Source: Isurus oxyrinchus (Eukaryota). Taken from it: DNA of 64,000 bases. Positions 52,235 to 64,000 of this stretch are shown in pieces. The stretch covers positions 87,668,001-87,732,000 of the forward strand of contig JANJGN010000016.1 of the NCBI GenBank assembly GCA_026770705.1, read 5' to 3'. Under the pieces are notes generated by a model, which was given only the letters and a program-made list of their open reading frames with translations, searched no databases and was not told the origin of the DNA. Both the position numbers and the translations under genes were made by a program. Every line of letters begins with the position of its first letter. Position 1 is the stretch's first letter.

Positions 52235-53071
52235 NNNNNNNNNNNNNNNNNNNNNNNNNNNNNNNNNNNNNNNNNNNNNNNNNNNNNNNNNNNNNNNNNN
52301 NNNNNNNNNNNNNNNNNNNNNNNNNNNNNNNNNNNNNNNNNNNNNNNNNNNNNNNNNNNNNNNNNNNNNNNNNNNNNNNNNNNNNNNNNNNNNNNNNNNN
52401 NCCCTCACCACCTTTTCCATCTCTCTCTGCCTCCCCATCTCTCTCTCCCACCCTCCATCGTTCTGGAATTCTCTAACTGACTCTATAACAGGCGTTATTA
52501 CTGGAGGTTGGAACACTTTGAGTCCTGGTGCAGCAGTTAAATGTTCCCTCTCTCTCTCACTCAGTCTCACAGTCTCCACCTCGCTCTCTCTTTCCCACAG
52601 TCTCCCAGGGGGAATGCAGTGAAATGAAGGGTAAAACTCCCTCTGCTCTGCCCCACCAATGGATGTGAACCCTTGACCCCAGAAGCATGTCTTCTCCTGG
52701 AGTAAGGCCCGAATCCCCACACTGACCATGCTTTGGCCTCTCTCAGTCAGACTGACAGATTATTGTCAAATTAAGGGCAGTTCTGTGCTGTTGGCCAATT
52801 CTCACTGGGGACTGGTTTGGACACAAACCTCATTTCATGAAGGCCCAGCAGAGAGAGGAGACCCTCACCCCATCAGTGTGAGCTGGAGGGACAGGGCAGA
52901 TTCTGACCCACTGAGCCATCCTGTCCACTCAGAACATGCTCGAATCCCTTGCCTCTCCCTCCCTACCATGGTCAGGCTCCGGGTCAGTGTGTTTTACTGG
53001 GATGAGGGGTGGACGATCACACATTTACAACAGAAAGGAACTGTCCTCCACATCGACCACGGTGTCCATGT

Positions 53072-53220
53072 CCCACTGGACCCTCCAATAGGGACCAGTA
53101 AACATGGGCCTCCTTCCCACTGGACCCTCCAATAGAGACCAGTAAACATGGGCCTCCTTCCCACTGGACCCTCCAATAGAGACCAGTAAACATGGCCCTC
53201 TTTCCCATTGACCCTCCAAG
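53072..53220. repeat. 44-bp tandem repeat, ~3.3 copies
   Basis: CCCACTGGACCCTCCAATAG recurs at 53072, 53116 and 53160. Confidence 0.85.
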
Positions 53221-53249
53221 TGGCTGAGTTTCAAACACCACATCGTCTC

Positions 53250-54724
53250 CATCACGGCTGCTGGACATTCTTAATGGGAGAGGGTGAATTGCCAGAGTTT
53301 GTGGTTCACATTGTTTCCAATGACATTGTTCGAAAGAGGGATGAGGCACTGAAAGCAAATTTCACAGAGCTAAGTGAGTCATTAAAACGCAAGAGTTCAG
53401 AGGGAGTAATCTCCCGGTTAGTGCCAGTGCCATGAGCTAGTGAGCATAGAGAACGGAGGCTGGAGCTGATGAGTACGTGGCTGGAGAGACAGTGTAGGAG
53501 GGAGGGGTTCAGTTTCCTGGGACATTGGGACTGGTTCTACAGGAGGTGGGACCTGTACAAGCCGGATGGTTTGCACCTCAATGGGCCTGGGTCCAATATC
53601 CTTGGGGGAGGTTTGCTCGTGCTGTTGGGGGGGTTTAAACTCGTTTAGCAGGGGGATGGGAACCTGAGGGTCGACTCAGATGGGGCAACATCAGAGCTGT
53701 AATGGAGGGCAGAAAATCAGAGTGAGTCTGGAAGACAGAGGAAACAAAAGATAGAAAATAACAAAGAGAGTTGGACTTGCGACATACGACATACAGAGGA
53801 GCTGAGGGCACAGATAGCAGTGTGATATTATAGCGATTACAGAAACATGACTGAAAGAGGGACAGGAATAGCAGCTCAACATTCCTGGTTACAGGGTTGT
53901 TAGGTGTTTAAAAAGGGAGCGAGGGATAGACCGAATAATTACAGACCAGTCAGTCCATAGTGACTGTAGTCTTAGGGAATGTAGTGACTGTAGCTTTAAG
54001 ACTTATTGTGCTGTGTAGTATCATGTGACAGTGTGAATGAATCAGTCTAAGCGCGGGGAACCTTAGTGGGACAGGGGGTGGGGAGGTGGTAATTTTTTGT
54101 GTTTAGTTGTGGATGTGATGGAAAAGTGTAACGGCTGCTGAAGCCCTGCAAATAAAGTTCACTCTTTCTTATGAGAAACCTGTCTGGAAAATCAAGTCTG
54201 TAAACAGCCTGAGCTCAGTCGTAGGCAAATAATTGGAATAAATTCTGCAGACAGGATAAACTGGCACTTAGAAAGGCAGTGATTAACCAAGGACATCAGC
54301 ATGGATTTGATGAGGGAAGGTCATGCCTGAATAATCTGTTGAATTTTTTGAGGAAGCAACAAGGAGGATTGATGAGGGTAGAGTAGTCACTGTGGTCTAC
54401 ATGGATTTAAACAAGGTTGTTGAAATATAAGAGCATGGGGCTTATTCTGGAACTGTATAAATCATTAGTTAAATTTATAGTGATTGGGAGAAAGATTAGA
54501 TGGGAGATGAGGCTCTGGAAATCACGGCCTGAAAGGGTCACAGAGGCAGGAACACTCAAACCATTTAAAAGGTGTCTGGATATGAACCTCAAGAGCCTTA
54601 ACCTGGAGGACTACAGACCAAATGCTGGAAAGTGGGATTCGGCCAGACGGCTCGTATTTCAGTGGCACAGACATGATGGGCCGAGTGGTCTCTTTCTGTG
54701 CCAGAAACTTTCTATGATTTTATG
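53250..54724 (+). mobile_element. CR1 LINE with multiple internal deletions (ORF1 esterase, EN/RT pieces, 3' UTR)
   Basis: VVHIVSND..GVISRLVPVP and YKPDGLHLN; NYRPVS; QHGF..GRSCL; LWKSRPERV; 3' tail at ~54720. Confidence 0.8.
53956..54207 (+). mobile_element. ~250-bp insertion, possible solo LTR, splitting the CR1 NYRPVS|LSSVVGK motif
   Basis: CR1 sequence resumes after the insert. The insert contains AATAAA and ends ..AACA; its 5' TG and TSD are ambiguous. Confidence 0.45.
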
Positions 54725-55974
54725 TGGGCATCTCATTTCCATCCCCACAATATTGTCCGTCTCGACACTACATCAGCCCCTAGACCACAGAAACCCTTTT
54801 CCCTGCTTGTCTTGCCTCCTGACTGCATTATTCTAATGTCCTCTCCTGGCTTCTTTCATCCACACTCCATAACCCCCAAATTGCCCAAAGTGCAGAGTTC
54901 CATACACTGTCCCACACCAAGTGTTGTTCCAGCACTAGCACTGACATCACTGACCTGCCTGGCCTCACTGACCTATTACCCATGAACTCACTGACCTGTT
55001 ACCCCTCACCTTATTGACCTGCTCCACTATGGGGACAGAGATGGGGAGTGGGTCTCACTGGGTAACTCACAGACAGGATGGGCTGAATGGCCTCCTTCTG
55101 TGCTGTAAGATTCTAGGTAGTGGACACGGTTCACAGTTTTCTCCCGTGTCAGTAACAAACATCCAGCTGCTCTGAGCTCCTTCTTTCACTTCCTCTCTTG
55201 GTTACGTTTCAGTCTTGCGATCGGACAATCTTTGCAGTTATTTTTTACACTGGGGGTTTCTGCTGTGGTCTGAATCTGTAATAATAACTGTCCAATCAGT
55301 GAAAAGAACAGCAGCTAAGAGCAGTCAGGACTGAGGAGGCAGGCTCACTGGGAAACACATTGGGAAGATCAAAGCCATCGTCTTCAGCTCCCGATACAAA
55401 CTCCATCCCTCTCCCTGAGCACTGTCTGCTGCTGAACCAGACTCTTCACAACCTTGGCCTCATCTTTCACCCCGATCTGACCCCCAAATCCTCCACATCA
55501 CAAAGATCAGCCACTTGCCCCGATAACTGGAATGTGCTGACTACACAGAAGGAGAGGTTTAACAAACAGGGAGGAGAAGAGTCAAAGACTTGGGGAGAGT
55601 AGAGACGGATGAGGGAAGGGACAGATAGGTGACTGACACAATTCAATGCAGAGGAGTTTGAGATGATGGGTTTGAGGGGGAAAAGTAGTGAAAAGATGGT
55701 GAAGGATGTGTAGAAGCAGAGAGAGCTTGGCTCCAATTCCATCATTCCCTGAAAGTGGAAGTGCAGATTGATAAAGCCTTGAATTAAAATGATCAACAGC
55801 GTTAGGAATGGACAAACTACAGAGAGTAGAAATGGGAAATCCAAACAGAGAATTCACTAACCATTCAGCAGCCTGTGGGGAATGAAAGTGTGGGTTGTAG
55901 TTCAAACTGCAGTTAATAAACAGGTGAATCTGTAGAGAATACAGGACGATGGGGAGAGAGCAGGCGAGTGGGAT

Positions 55975-56940
55975 TAGGAATATAGGAACAGGAGGAGGCC
56001 ATTCAACCCCTCGAGCCTGTCCCACCATTCAATTAGATCATGGCTGATCTGTATCTTAACTCCATTTCTCCAGCTTGCCCCATAACCCTCAATCCCCTTG
56101 TGTAAGAAAAACCTAACAAGCTCAGGTTTAACATTTTCATGTGACCGCCCTCTCCCAGCCCCAACAGCATTTTTTCTCAGGGGGAGAGAGTTCCAGATTT
56201 CCACTCCCCTTCCAGTGAAGAATTGCTTCCTGACATCACCCCTGAACGGCCGAGCTCGAATTTGAAGATTCTGCCCCCTCGTTCTCGACTCCCCCACCAG
56301 AGGACATGGTTTCTCTCCGTCTACACTAATCAGATTGAGTTTTTATTCATCTTAAACACCTCAATTAGATCTCAGTTCAAGACAATACAAGCTGAGTTTA
56401 TACAATCTGTCCTGACAACTTAACCCTTTTAACCCCGGGATCATTCAGCTGAATCTGAGCTGTGCCCTCTCCATGGTCAATATATCCTTCCTGAGGTGCG
56501 GTGCCCACAACTGATAAATATTGTGGAAAGCTGAGGCTCCAGCACAGATCCCTGGGGACATCACTATTCACATCTTGCTCATTGGAGCACATACACATTA
56601 TCCCTACTCTCTGTCTCCTGCCTCCTAACCAGTTCCTCATCCATGGCAACAGGTTTCCTCAAATTCCATCTGCTTCCATTTTTATTCACAGTCTCTCATG
56701 GGGAATCTTCCCTAATGTCTCCTGGAAATCAATATCAATAACAATCCATAGATTCTCTCTAATCTACCAGCTTAGTGACCACTTCAAAAATGTAACCAGG
56801 TTAGTTAAAGATGTCTGACCCTTTTTAAATCCATGCTGACTCTCTCTGATCAGTTCATATTTGTCACTCATTCTGTCTCTAATAACAGGTTCCAGTCACT
56901 TCCCCATTACAGACATTAAACTGAGAGGTTAGTTCTGAAT
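55975..56940 (-). mobile_element. CR1 LINE, decayed RT and 3' end
   Basis: GESRTRGQNL..FFTGRGVEIWNSLP; WMRNWLGGRRQRV..VPR. Confidence 0.8.
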
Positions 56941-57164
56941 GATCCGAGTGCACAGCTAGCACAGACACAAGGGGCTGAATGGCCTCCTCCTGTGCTATAG
57001 GCTTATCAGGCTCCTTGACTGAAACATATGGATGGGAACAGGAGGTGGGCTGGAGCTTAAACAATGAGTTAAATGTAGACAGAGTGTCATTAGTGGGTAA
57101 TGTACAGTGTACATTGTGTCCATGAGCCTCTCGAAAAGATGTCTTTCTCTTTTTCCCTTTTCAG

Positions 57165-57255
57165 CTCCAGGCCTCTCATTAAGGAGCTGAAAGAATATTT
57201 AGTGAAGAAGTTTGCGGAGTGTGCGGGCTGTGTGAAGGATTTCGGCAGTGACTGA
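57165..57255 (+). other. Candidate terminal coding exon of an unidentified gene
   Basis: Strong acceptor CTTTCTCTTTTTCCCTTTTCAG| followed by SRPLIKELKEYLVKKFAECAGCVKDFGSD and TGA TGA. Confidence 0.35.
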
Positions 57256-57544
57256 TGATTGCAGCTCCTTGTTCAGTCTGCTCCTCCCTCACCACTGATC
57301 AAGACATGTAACCTCGTGTCACACTGAGTGAGATTACAATCAATATCATAGCGTCAGTCACAGAAAACAACAGCATCACAGTCTGAGACACTGGGACAGA
57401 TATCACTGCGTCACGTCAAAGAACAGAGCCCTGATCCCCTCCCACCATGCTCAGAAACCATAGAGCATCGAAAATATACTGACAAACACCCCCTTATATT
57501 AAACACTCACACCCAGAGAACATCTACAGAGGGACAAGGCAGGA

Positions 57545-57870
57545 TAGAGATTGAGAGAGAGAGAGAGCGAGTGAGAGAGAGACAGACAGATGGAGACAGA
57601 GGCAGAGAGAGGCAGAGAGAGAGAGGGAGGGTGAGATGGAGAGTTAGGTATAGAGGGACAGCGTCATAGAGTGTTTGTGACAGAGAGAGTGAGAGAGTGA
57701 GAGAGAGAGAGAGAGTGAGAGAGAGTGAGAGACAGGGATGGGTTAGTGTGAGAGAGAGAGAGAGTGGGAGAGAGAGAGTGAGAGACAGGGATGGGTGAGT
57801 GTGAGAGAGAGAGAGAGAGAGGGAGAGAGAGAGTGAGAGAGAGGGATGGGTTAGTGTGAGAGAGAAAGAC
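57545..57870. repeat. GA-rich simple repeat
   Basis: (GA)n/(GAGT)n tracts. Confidence 0.85.
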
Positions 57871-58294
57871 TCTGTGTCAGCTCCTGTACCTGCCTGAGTG
57901 AAGAAGTCTTATTATAATTCTATCGGACCTCGGTGAGACCACACCTGGATTGACAGGGTAGACAGTGACAGGGTGAGACTGGCATCTTCCCTCACTGAGT
58001 CCCTTGTGTTTTCTATCAATCCAGCAGGATTTATGGACAATTTCTGCAGCCAGAAAACAAATGATCAGATTTATCCAATTCCATTTCACTAACTCCCATT
58101 CCTGGGATTTGAACTCATTCCCTCTGGGTTTCTGGCTCAATCCCATTCCCGACAGGGAAGAAGTGGTAGTGTGGATTGAGAGAGGCTGCAAGGCAGAGAG
58201 CAAGGGGACTGCATTAACCAGGGATCCACAGAGCAACAGGTTAGTCTGCACCAAACTGCAGCACAGGTGGTGAGAATGGACAGTAATCTCGTTC

Positions 58295-59030
58295 CACCTG
58301 ATCTCCATCCCTCCCTCTGAGTGTCCGACCTTCCCCTCAGATACACACCTCCCTGATCTCCATCCCTCCATGTGAGTGTCCAACCTTCCTCTCAGATACA
58401 CATCTCCCTGATCTCCATCCCTCCCTCTGAGTGTCCCACCTTCCCCTCAGATAGACACCTCCCTGATCTCCATCCCTCCCTCTGAGTGTCCGACCTTCCT
58501 CTCAGTTAGACATCTCCCTGATCTCCATCCCTCCCTCTGAGTGTCCAACCTTCCTCTCAGATACACACCTCCCTGATCTCCATCCCTCCCTCTGAGTGTC
58601 CGATCTTCCTCTCAGTTACAGACCTCCCTGATCTCCATCCCTCCCTCTGAGTGTTTGACCTTCCTCTAAGATACACACCTCTCTGATCTCCATCCCTCCC
58701 TCTGAGTGTCCCACCTTCCTCTCAGTAACACACCTCCATGATCTCCATCCCTCCCTCTGAGTGTTCGACCTTCCTCTCAGATACACACCTCTCTGATCTC
58801 CATCCCTCCCTCTGAGTGTCCCACCTTCCTCTCAGTAACACACCTCCATGATCTCCATCCCTCCCTCTGAGTGTCCGACATTCCTCTCAGATACACACCT
58901 CCCTGATCTCCATTCCTCCCTCTGAGTGTCCCACCTTCCTCTCAGATACACACCTCCCTGATGTCCATCCCTCCTTATGAGTGTCTGAGCTTCCTCTCAG
59001 ATACACAGCCCTCTGATCTCCATCCGTCTC
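58295..59030. repeat. 55-bp minisatellite, ~13 copies
   Basis: CTGATCTC recurs at 58298, 58353, 58408, 58463 and onward. Confidence 0.9.
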
Positions 59031-59674
59031 TCTATCTGACCTCAATCCCTATCTCTATCTGACCTCCATCCCTCTCTCTCTCTGACCTCCATCCCTTCTC
59101 TATTGGACGTCCACCCCTCCCTCTAATTAACCTCCATCCCTCTCTCTATCTATCCTCATTCCCTCTCTCTAGTTTAGCTGCTGACGCTCAGATCTGACTC
59201 AATTACAGTTAATCCCGTTATGAACAGTGTCGGCCTATTTGGAATGTCAGTTTGATGAAGTCAGTTTGAGCCATTACTCCAAGGACATCACAGATGGTTT
59301 GTACATAGGGGAACCCACAAACCAGAGAATTGTGTCAGTAAACACAGAGAGAATGAAAGATACAATTAAAACTTTATTAATATGGTTATTAGAGCTGTGT
59401 CACTACATAGTTAAAATGTTAGTGATGATATATCCTGCTGAGAAATATATAGAGAAGCCTGAGTAATAAAAAATATATATCATTTCATGTTACATTATTT
59501 ATTACAATAATATATTACAATTATATATTGTCTATATACAGTAATATATGCAGATCAGATAATTGTGCCAATGTATAAAGATCTAAAAAATGCAACAATA
59601 AAAGTTTTGGAATATGATGTTCAGCAAAATGTCATTTTTATAGTTTAACAATGGTTACTTATTGGTGAAGATTT

Positions 59675-62600
59675 ACTTCACAATCCAGTCTATGTACTCA
59701 GGTAAAGCACACTTCACAATCCAGTCTGTGTACTCAGGTACATCACACTTCACAATCCAGTCTGTGTACTCAGGTACACCACACTGCACAATCCAATCTG
59801 TGTACTCAGATACATCACTATTCACAATCCAGTCTGTGTACTCAGGTACATCACATTTCACAATCCAGTCTGTGTACTCAGGTACACCACACTTCACAAT
59901 CCAAACTGTGTACTCAGATACATCACTATTCACAATCCAGTCTGTGTACTCAGGTACACCACACTTCACAATCCAATCTGTGTACTCAGATACATCACTA
60001 TTCACAATCCAGTCTGTGTACTCAGATACATCACTATTCACAATCCAGTCTGTGTACTCAGATACATCACACTTCACAATCCAGTCCGAGTACTCAGGTA
60101 CATCACACTTCACAATCCAGACTGTGTACTCAGGTACATCACACTTCACAATCCAGTCTGTGTACTCAGGTACATCACACTACACAATCCAGTCTGTGTA
60201 CTCAGGTACATCACACTTCACAATCCAGACTGTGTACTCAGGTACATCACACTTCACAATCCAGTCTGTGTACTCAGGTACATCACACTACACAATCCAG
60301 TCTGTGTACTCAGGTACATCACACTTCACAATCCAGTCTGTGTACTCAGGAACATCACACTTCACAATGCAGTCTGTGTACTCAGGTACATCACACTTCA
60401 CAATCCAGTCTGTGTTCTCAGGTACATCACACTACACAATCCAGTCTGTGTACTCAGGAACATCACACTTCACAATCCAGTCTGTGTACTGAGGTACACC
60501 ACACATCACAAACCAGTCTGTGTACTCAGGTACATCACACTTCACAATCCACTCTGTGTACTCAGGTACATCACATTTCACAGTCCAGTCTGTGCACTCA
60601 GGTACATCACACTTCACAATCCAATCTGTGTACTCAGATACACCACACTTCACAATCCAGTCTGTGTACTCAGGCACATCACACTTCACAATCCAGTCTG
60701 AGTACTCAGATACACCACACTTCACAATCCAGTCTGTGTACTCAGGCACATCACACTTCACAATCCAGTCTGTATACTCAGGTATATCACACTTCACAAT
60801 CCAGTCTGTGTGCTAAGATACATCACACTTAACAATCCAGTCTGTGTCCTCAGGTACGTCACAATTCACAATCCACTCTGTGTACTCAGATACATGACAC
60901 TTCACAATCCAGTCTGTGTACTCAGATACATGACACTTCACAATCCAGTCTGTGCACTCAGGTACATCACATTTCACAATCCAGTCTGTGTACTCAGGTA
61001 CTCAGCACTTCACAATCCAGTCTGTGTACTCAGGTACACCACACTTCACAATTCAGTCTGTGCACTCAGGTACATCACATTTCACAATCCAGTTTGTGCA
61101 CTCAGGTACATCACATTTCACAATCCAGTTTGTGTACTCAGGTACAACATTCTTCACAATCCAGTCTGTCTAATCAGGCACATCACACTTCACAATCCAG
61201 TCTGTATACTCAGGTATATCACACTTGACAATCCAGTCTGTGTACTCAGTTACATCACACTTCACAATCCAGTCTGTGTACTCAGGTACATCACACTTCA
61301 CAATCCAGTCTGTGTACTCAGGTACATCACACTTCACAATCCAGTCTGAGTACTCAGGTACATCACACTTCACAATCCAGTCTGTGTACTCAGGTACACC
61401 ACACATCACAATCCAATCTGTGTACTCAGGTACACCACATTTCACAATCCAGTCTGTGTCCTCAGGTACATCACACTTCACAATACAGTCTGTGTACTCA
61501 GGTATATTACACTTCACAATCCTGTCTGTGTACTCAGGTATATTACACTTCACAATCCAGTGTGTGTACTCAGGTACATCACACTTCACAATCAGTCTGT
61601 GCACTCAGGTACATCACACTTCACAATCCACACTGTGTACTCAGGTACCTCACACTTCACAATCCAGTCTGTGAACTCAGGTACCTCACACTTCACAATC
61701 CAGTCTGTGAACTCAGGTACATCACACGTCACAATCCAGTCTGTGTACTCAGGTACATCACACAACACAATCCAGTCTGTGTACTCAGGGACATCACACG
61801 TCACAATCCAGTCTGTGTACTCAGGTACATCACACAACACAATCCAGTCTGTGTACTCAGGGACATCACACGTCACAATCCAGTCTGTGTACTCAGGTAC
61901 ATCACACTTCACAATCCAGTCTGTGTACTCAGGTACATCACACTTCACAATCCAGTCTGTGTACTCAGTTACATCGCATTTCAAAGTCCAGACTGTGTAC
62001 TCAGATACACCACACTTCACAATCCAGTCTGTGTACTCAGGCACATCACACTTCACAATCCAGTCTGTATACTCAAGTATATCACACTTCACAATCCAGT
62101 CTGTGTACTCAGGTACATCACATTTCACAATCTAGTCAGACTACTCAGGTACATCACACTTCACAATCCAGTCTGAGTACTCAGGTACATCACAATTAAC
62201 AATCCAGTCTGTGTACTCAGGTACATCACAATTCACAATCCAGTCCGTGTACTCAGGTACACCACACTTCACAATCCAGTCTGTGTACTCAGGTACATCA
62301 CACTTCACAATCCAATCTGTGTATTCAGGTACATCACACTACACAATCCAGTCTGTGTACTCAGGTACATCACACATCACAATGCAGTCTGTGTACTCAG
62401 GTACATCACACTTCACAATCCAGTCTGTGTTCTCAGGTACATCACACTTCACAATGCAGTCTGTGTACTCAGGTACATCACACTTCAAAATCCAGTCTGT
62501 GTACTCAGGAACATCACACTTCACAATCCAGTCTGTGAACTCAGGTACATCACACTTCACAATCCAGTCTGTTTGCTCAGGTACATCACATTTCACTGTC

Positions 62601-64000
62601 CAGTCTGTGTACTCAGGTACATCACACTTCACAATCCAATCTGTGTACTCAGATACACCACACTTCACAATCCACTCTGTGTACTCAGGCACATCACACT
62701 TCACAATCCAGTCTGTATACTCAGGTATATCACACTTCACAATCCAGTCTGTGTGCTCAGATACATCACACTTAACAATCCAGTCTGAGTACTCAGGTAC
62801 ATCACACTTCACAATCCAATCTGTGTATTCAGGTACATCACACTTCAAAATCCAGTCTGTATACTCAGGTATATCACACTTCACAATCCAGTCTGTGTGC
62901 TCAGATACATCACACTTAACAATCCAGTCTGAGTACTCAGGTACATCACACTTCACAAACCAGTCTGAGTACTCAGGTACATCACAATTCACATTCCAGT
63001 CTGTGTACTCAGGTACATCACACTTCACAATCCAGTCTGTGTCCTCAGATACATCACACTTCACAATCCAGTCTGTGTACTCAGGTACATCACACTTCAC
63101 AATCCAGTCGGTGTCCTCAGGTACACCACACTTCACAATCCAGTCTGTGTCCTCAGGTACATCACACTTCACAATCCAGTCTGTGTACTCAGGTACATCA
63201 CATTTCACAATCCAGTCTGTGTACTCAGGTACTCAGCACTTCACAATCCAGTCTGTGTACTCAGGTACACCACACTTCACAATCCAGTCTGTGTACTCAG
63301 GTACATGACACTTCACAACCCAGTCTGTGTACTCAGGTGCAACATTCTTCACAATCCAGTCTGTGTAATCAGGCACATCACACTTCACAATCCAGTCTGT
63401 ATACTGAGGTATATCACACTTGACAATCCAGTCTGTGTACTCAGGTACATCACATTTCACAATCTAGTCAGAGTACTCAGGTACATCACACTTCACAATC
63501 CAGTCTGTGTACTCTGTTCCAAGACACTTCACAATCCAAGCCCTGTACTCACGTCCATCACACTTCACAATCAATTCTGTGTACTCTGATGCAACACACT
63601 TCACAATCCAGTCTGTGTACTCAGGTACATCACACTTCACAATCCAGTCTGTGTACGCAGGTGCATCACACTTCACAATCCAGTCTGAGTACTCAGGTAC
63701 ATCACACTTCACAATCCAGTCTGTGTACTCAGGTACACCACACTTCACAATCCAGTCTGTGTACTCAGGTATATTACACTTCACAATCCTGTCTGTGTAC
63801 TCAGGTATATTACACTTCACAATCCAGTCTGTGTACTCAGGTATATTACACTTCACAATCCTGTCTGTGTACTCAGGTATATTACACTTCACAATCCAGT
63901 CTGTGTACTCAGATACATCACACTTAACAAACCAGTCTGTGTACTCAGGAACATCACACTTCACAATCCAGTCTGTGTACTCAGGTACATCATACTTCAC
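59675..64000. repeat. 36-bp minisatellite (TTCACAATCCAGTCTGTGTACTCAGGTACATCACAC), ~120 copies, runs off window end
   Basis: Direct reading; 12-aa repeat ORFs (SGTSHFTIQSVY). Confidence 0.96.

Noticed and set aside
49556-52480. Long Ser/Leu/Cys-rich ORFs
   Set aside because: CT-rich repeats spanning N gaps.
59300-59660. AT-rich stretch as the 3' UTR of another gene
   Set aside because: PolyA-like hexamers are expected by chance in AT-rich DNA, and no linked exon was seen.
59662-64000. Repeat-protein ORFs (SGTSHFTIQSVY / KCDVPEYTDWIV)
   Set aside because: Open on both strands and in several frames; a 36-bp minisatellite artefact.

Overview
Repeat-dense vertebrate genomic DNA, almost certainly from a cartilaginous fish (shark/ray). 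The one clearly recognisable gene is a complete, unrearranged immunoglobulin kappa-type light-chain mini-cluster on the minus strand: promoter, leader (49724-49676), V (49489-49192) with a perfect 12-RSS, one J (47873-47839) with a 23-RSS, and C (42156-41828). All splice sites and frames are intact. The rest is largely tandem repeats (24-bp and 28-bp G-rich satellites; 45-, 61-, 44-, 55- and 36-bp minisatellites), decayed CR1/L2 LINEs, Penelope fragments, a tRNA-derived SINE and a decayed LTR retroelement with a retrovirus-like tether + RNase H. Most ORFs in the track are repeat artefacts. I cannot support a wholly new biological system. The best leads are an in-frame stop created by a precise V-J join, a V promoter with an ETS-IRF element and a variant octamer, a ~277-bp inverted CR1 pair bracketing L-V-J, a ~20-kb G-rich array full of consensus splice donors, and an unidentified terminal exon.
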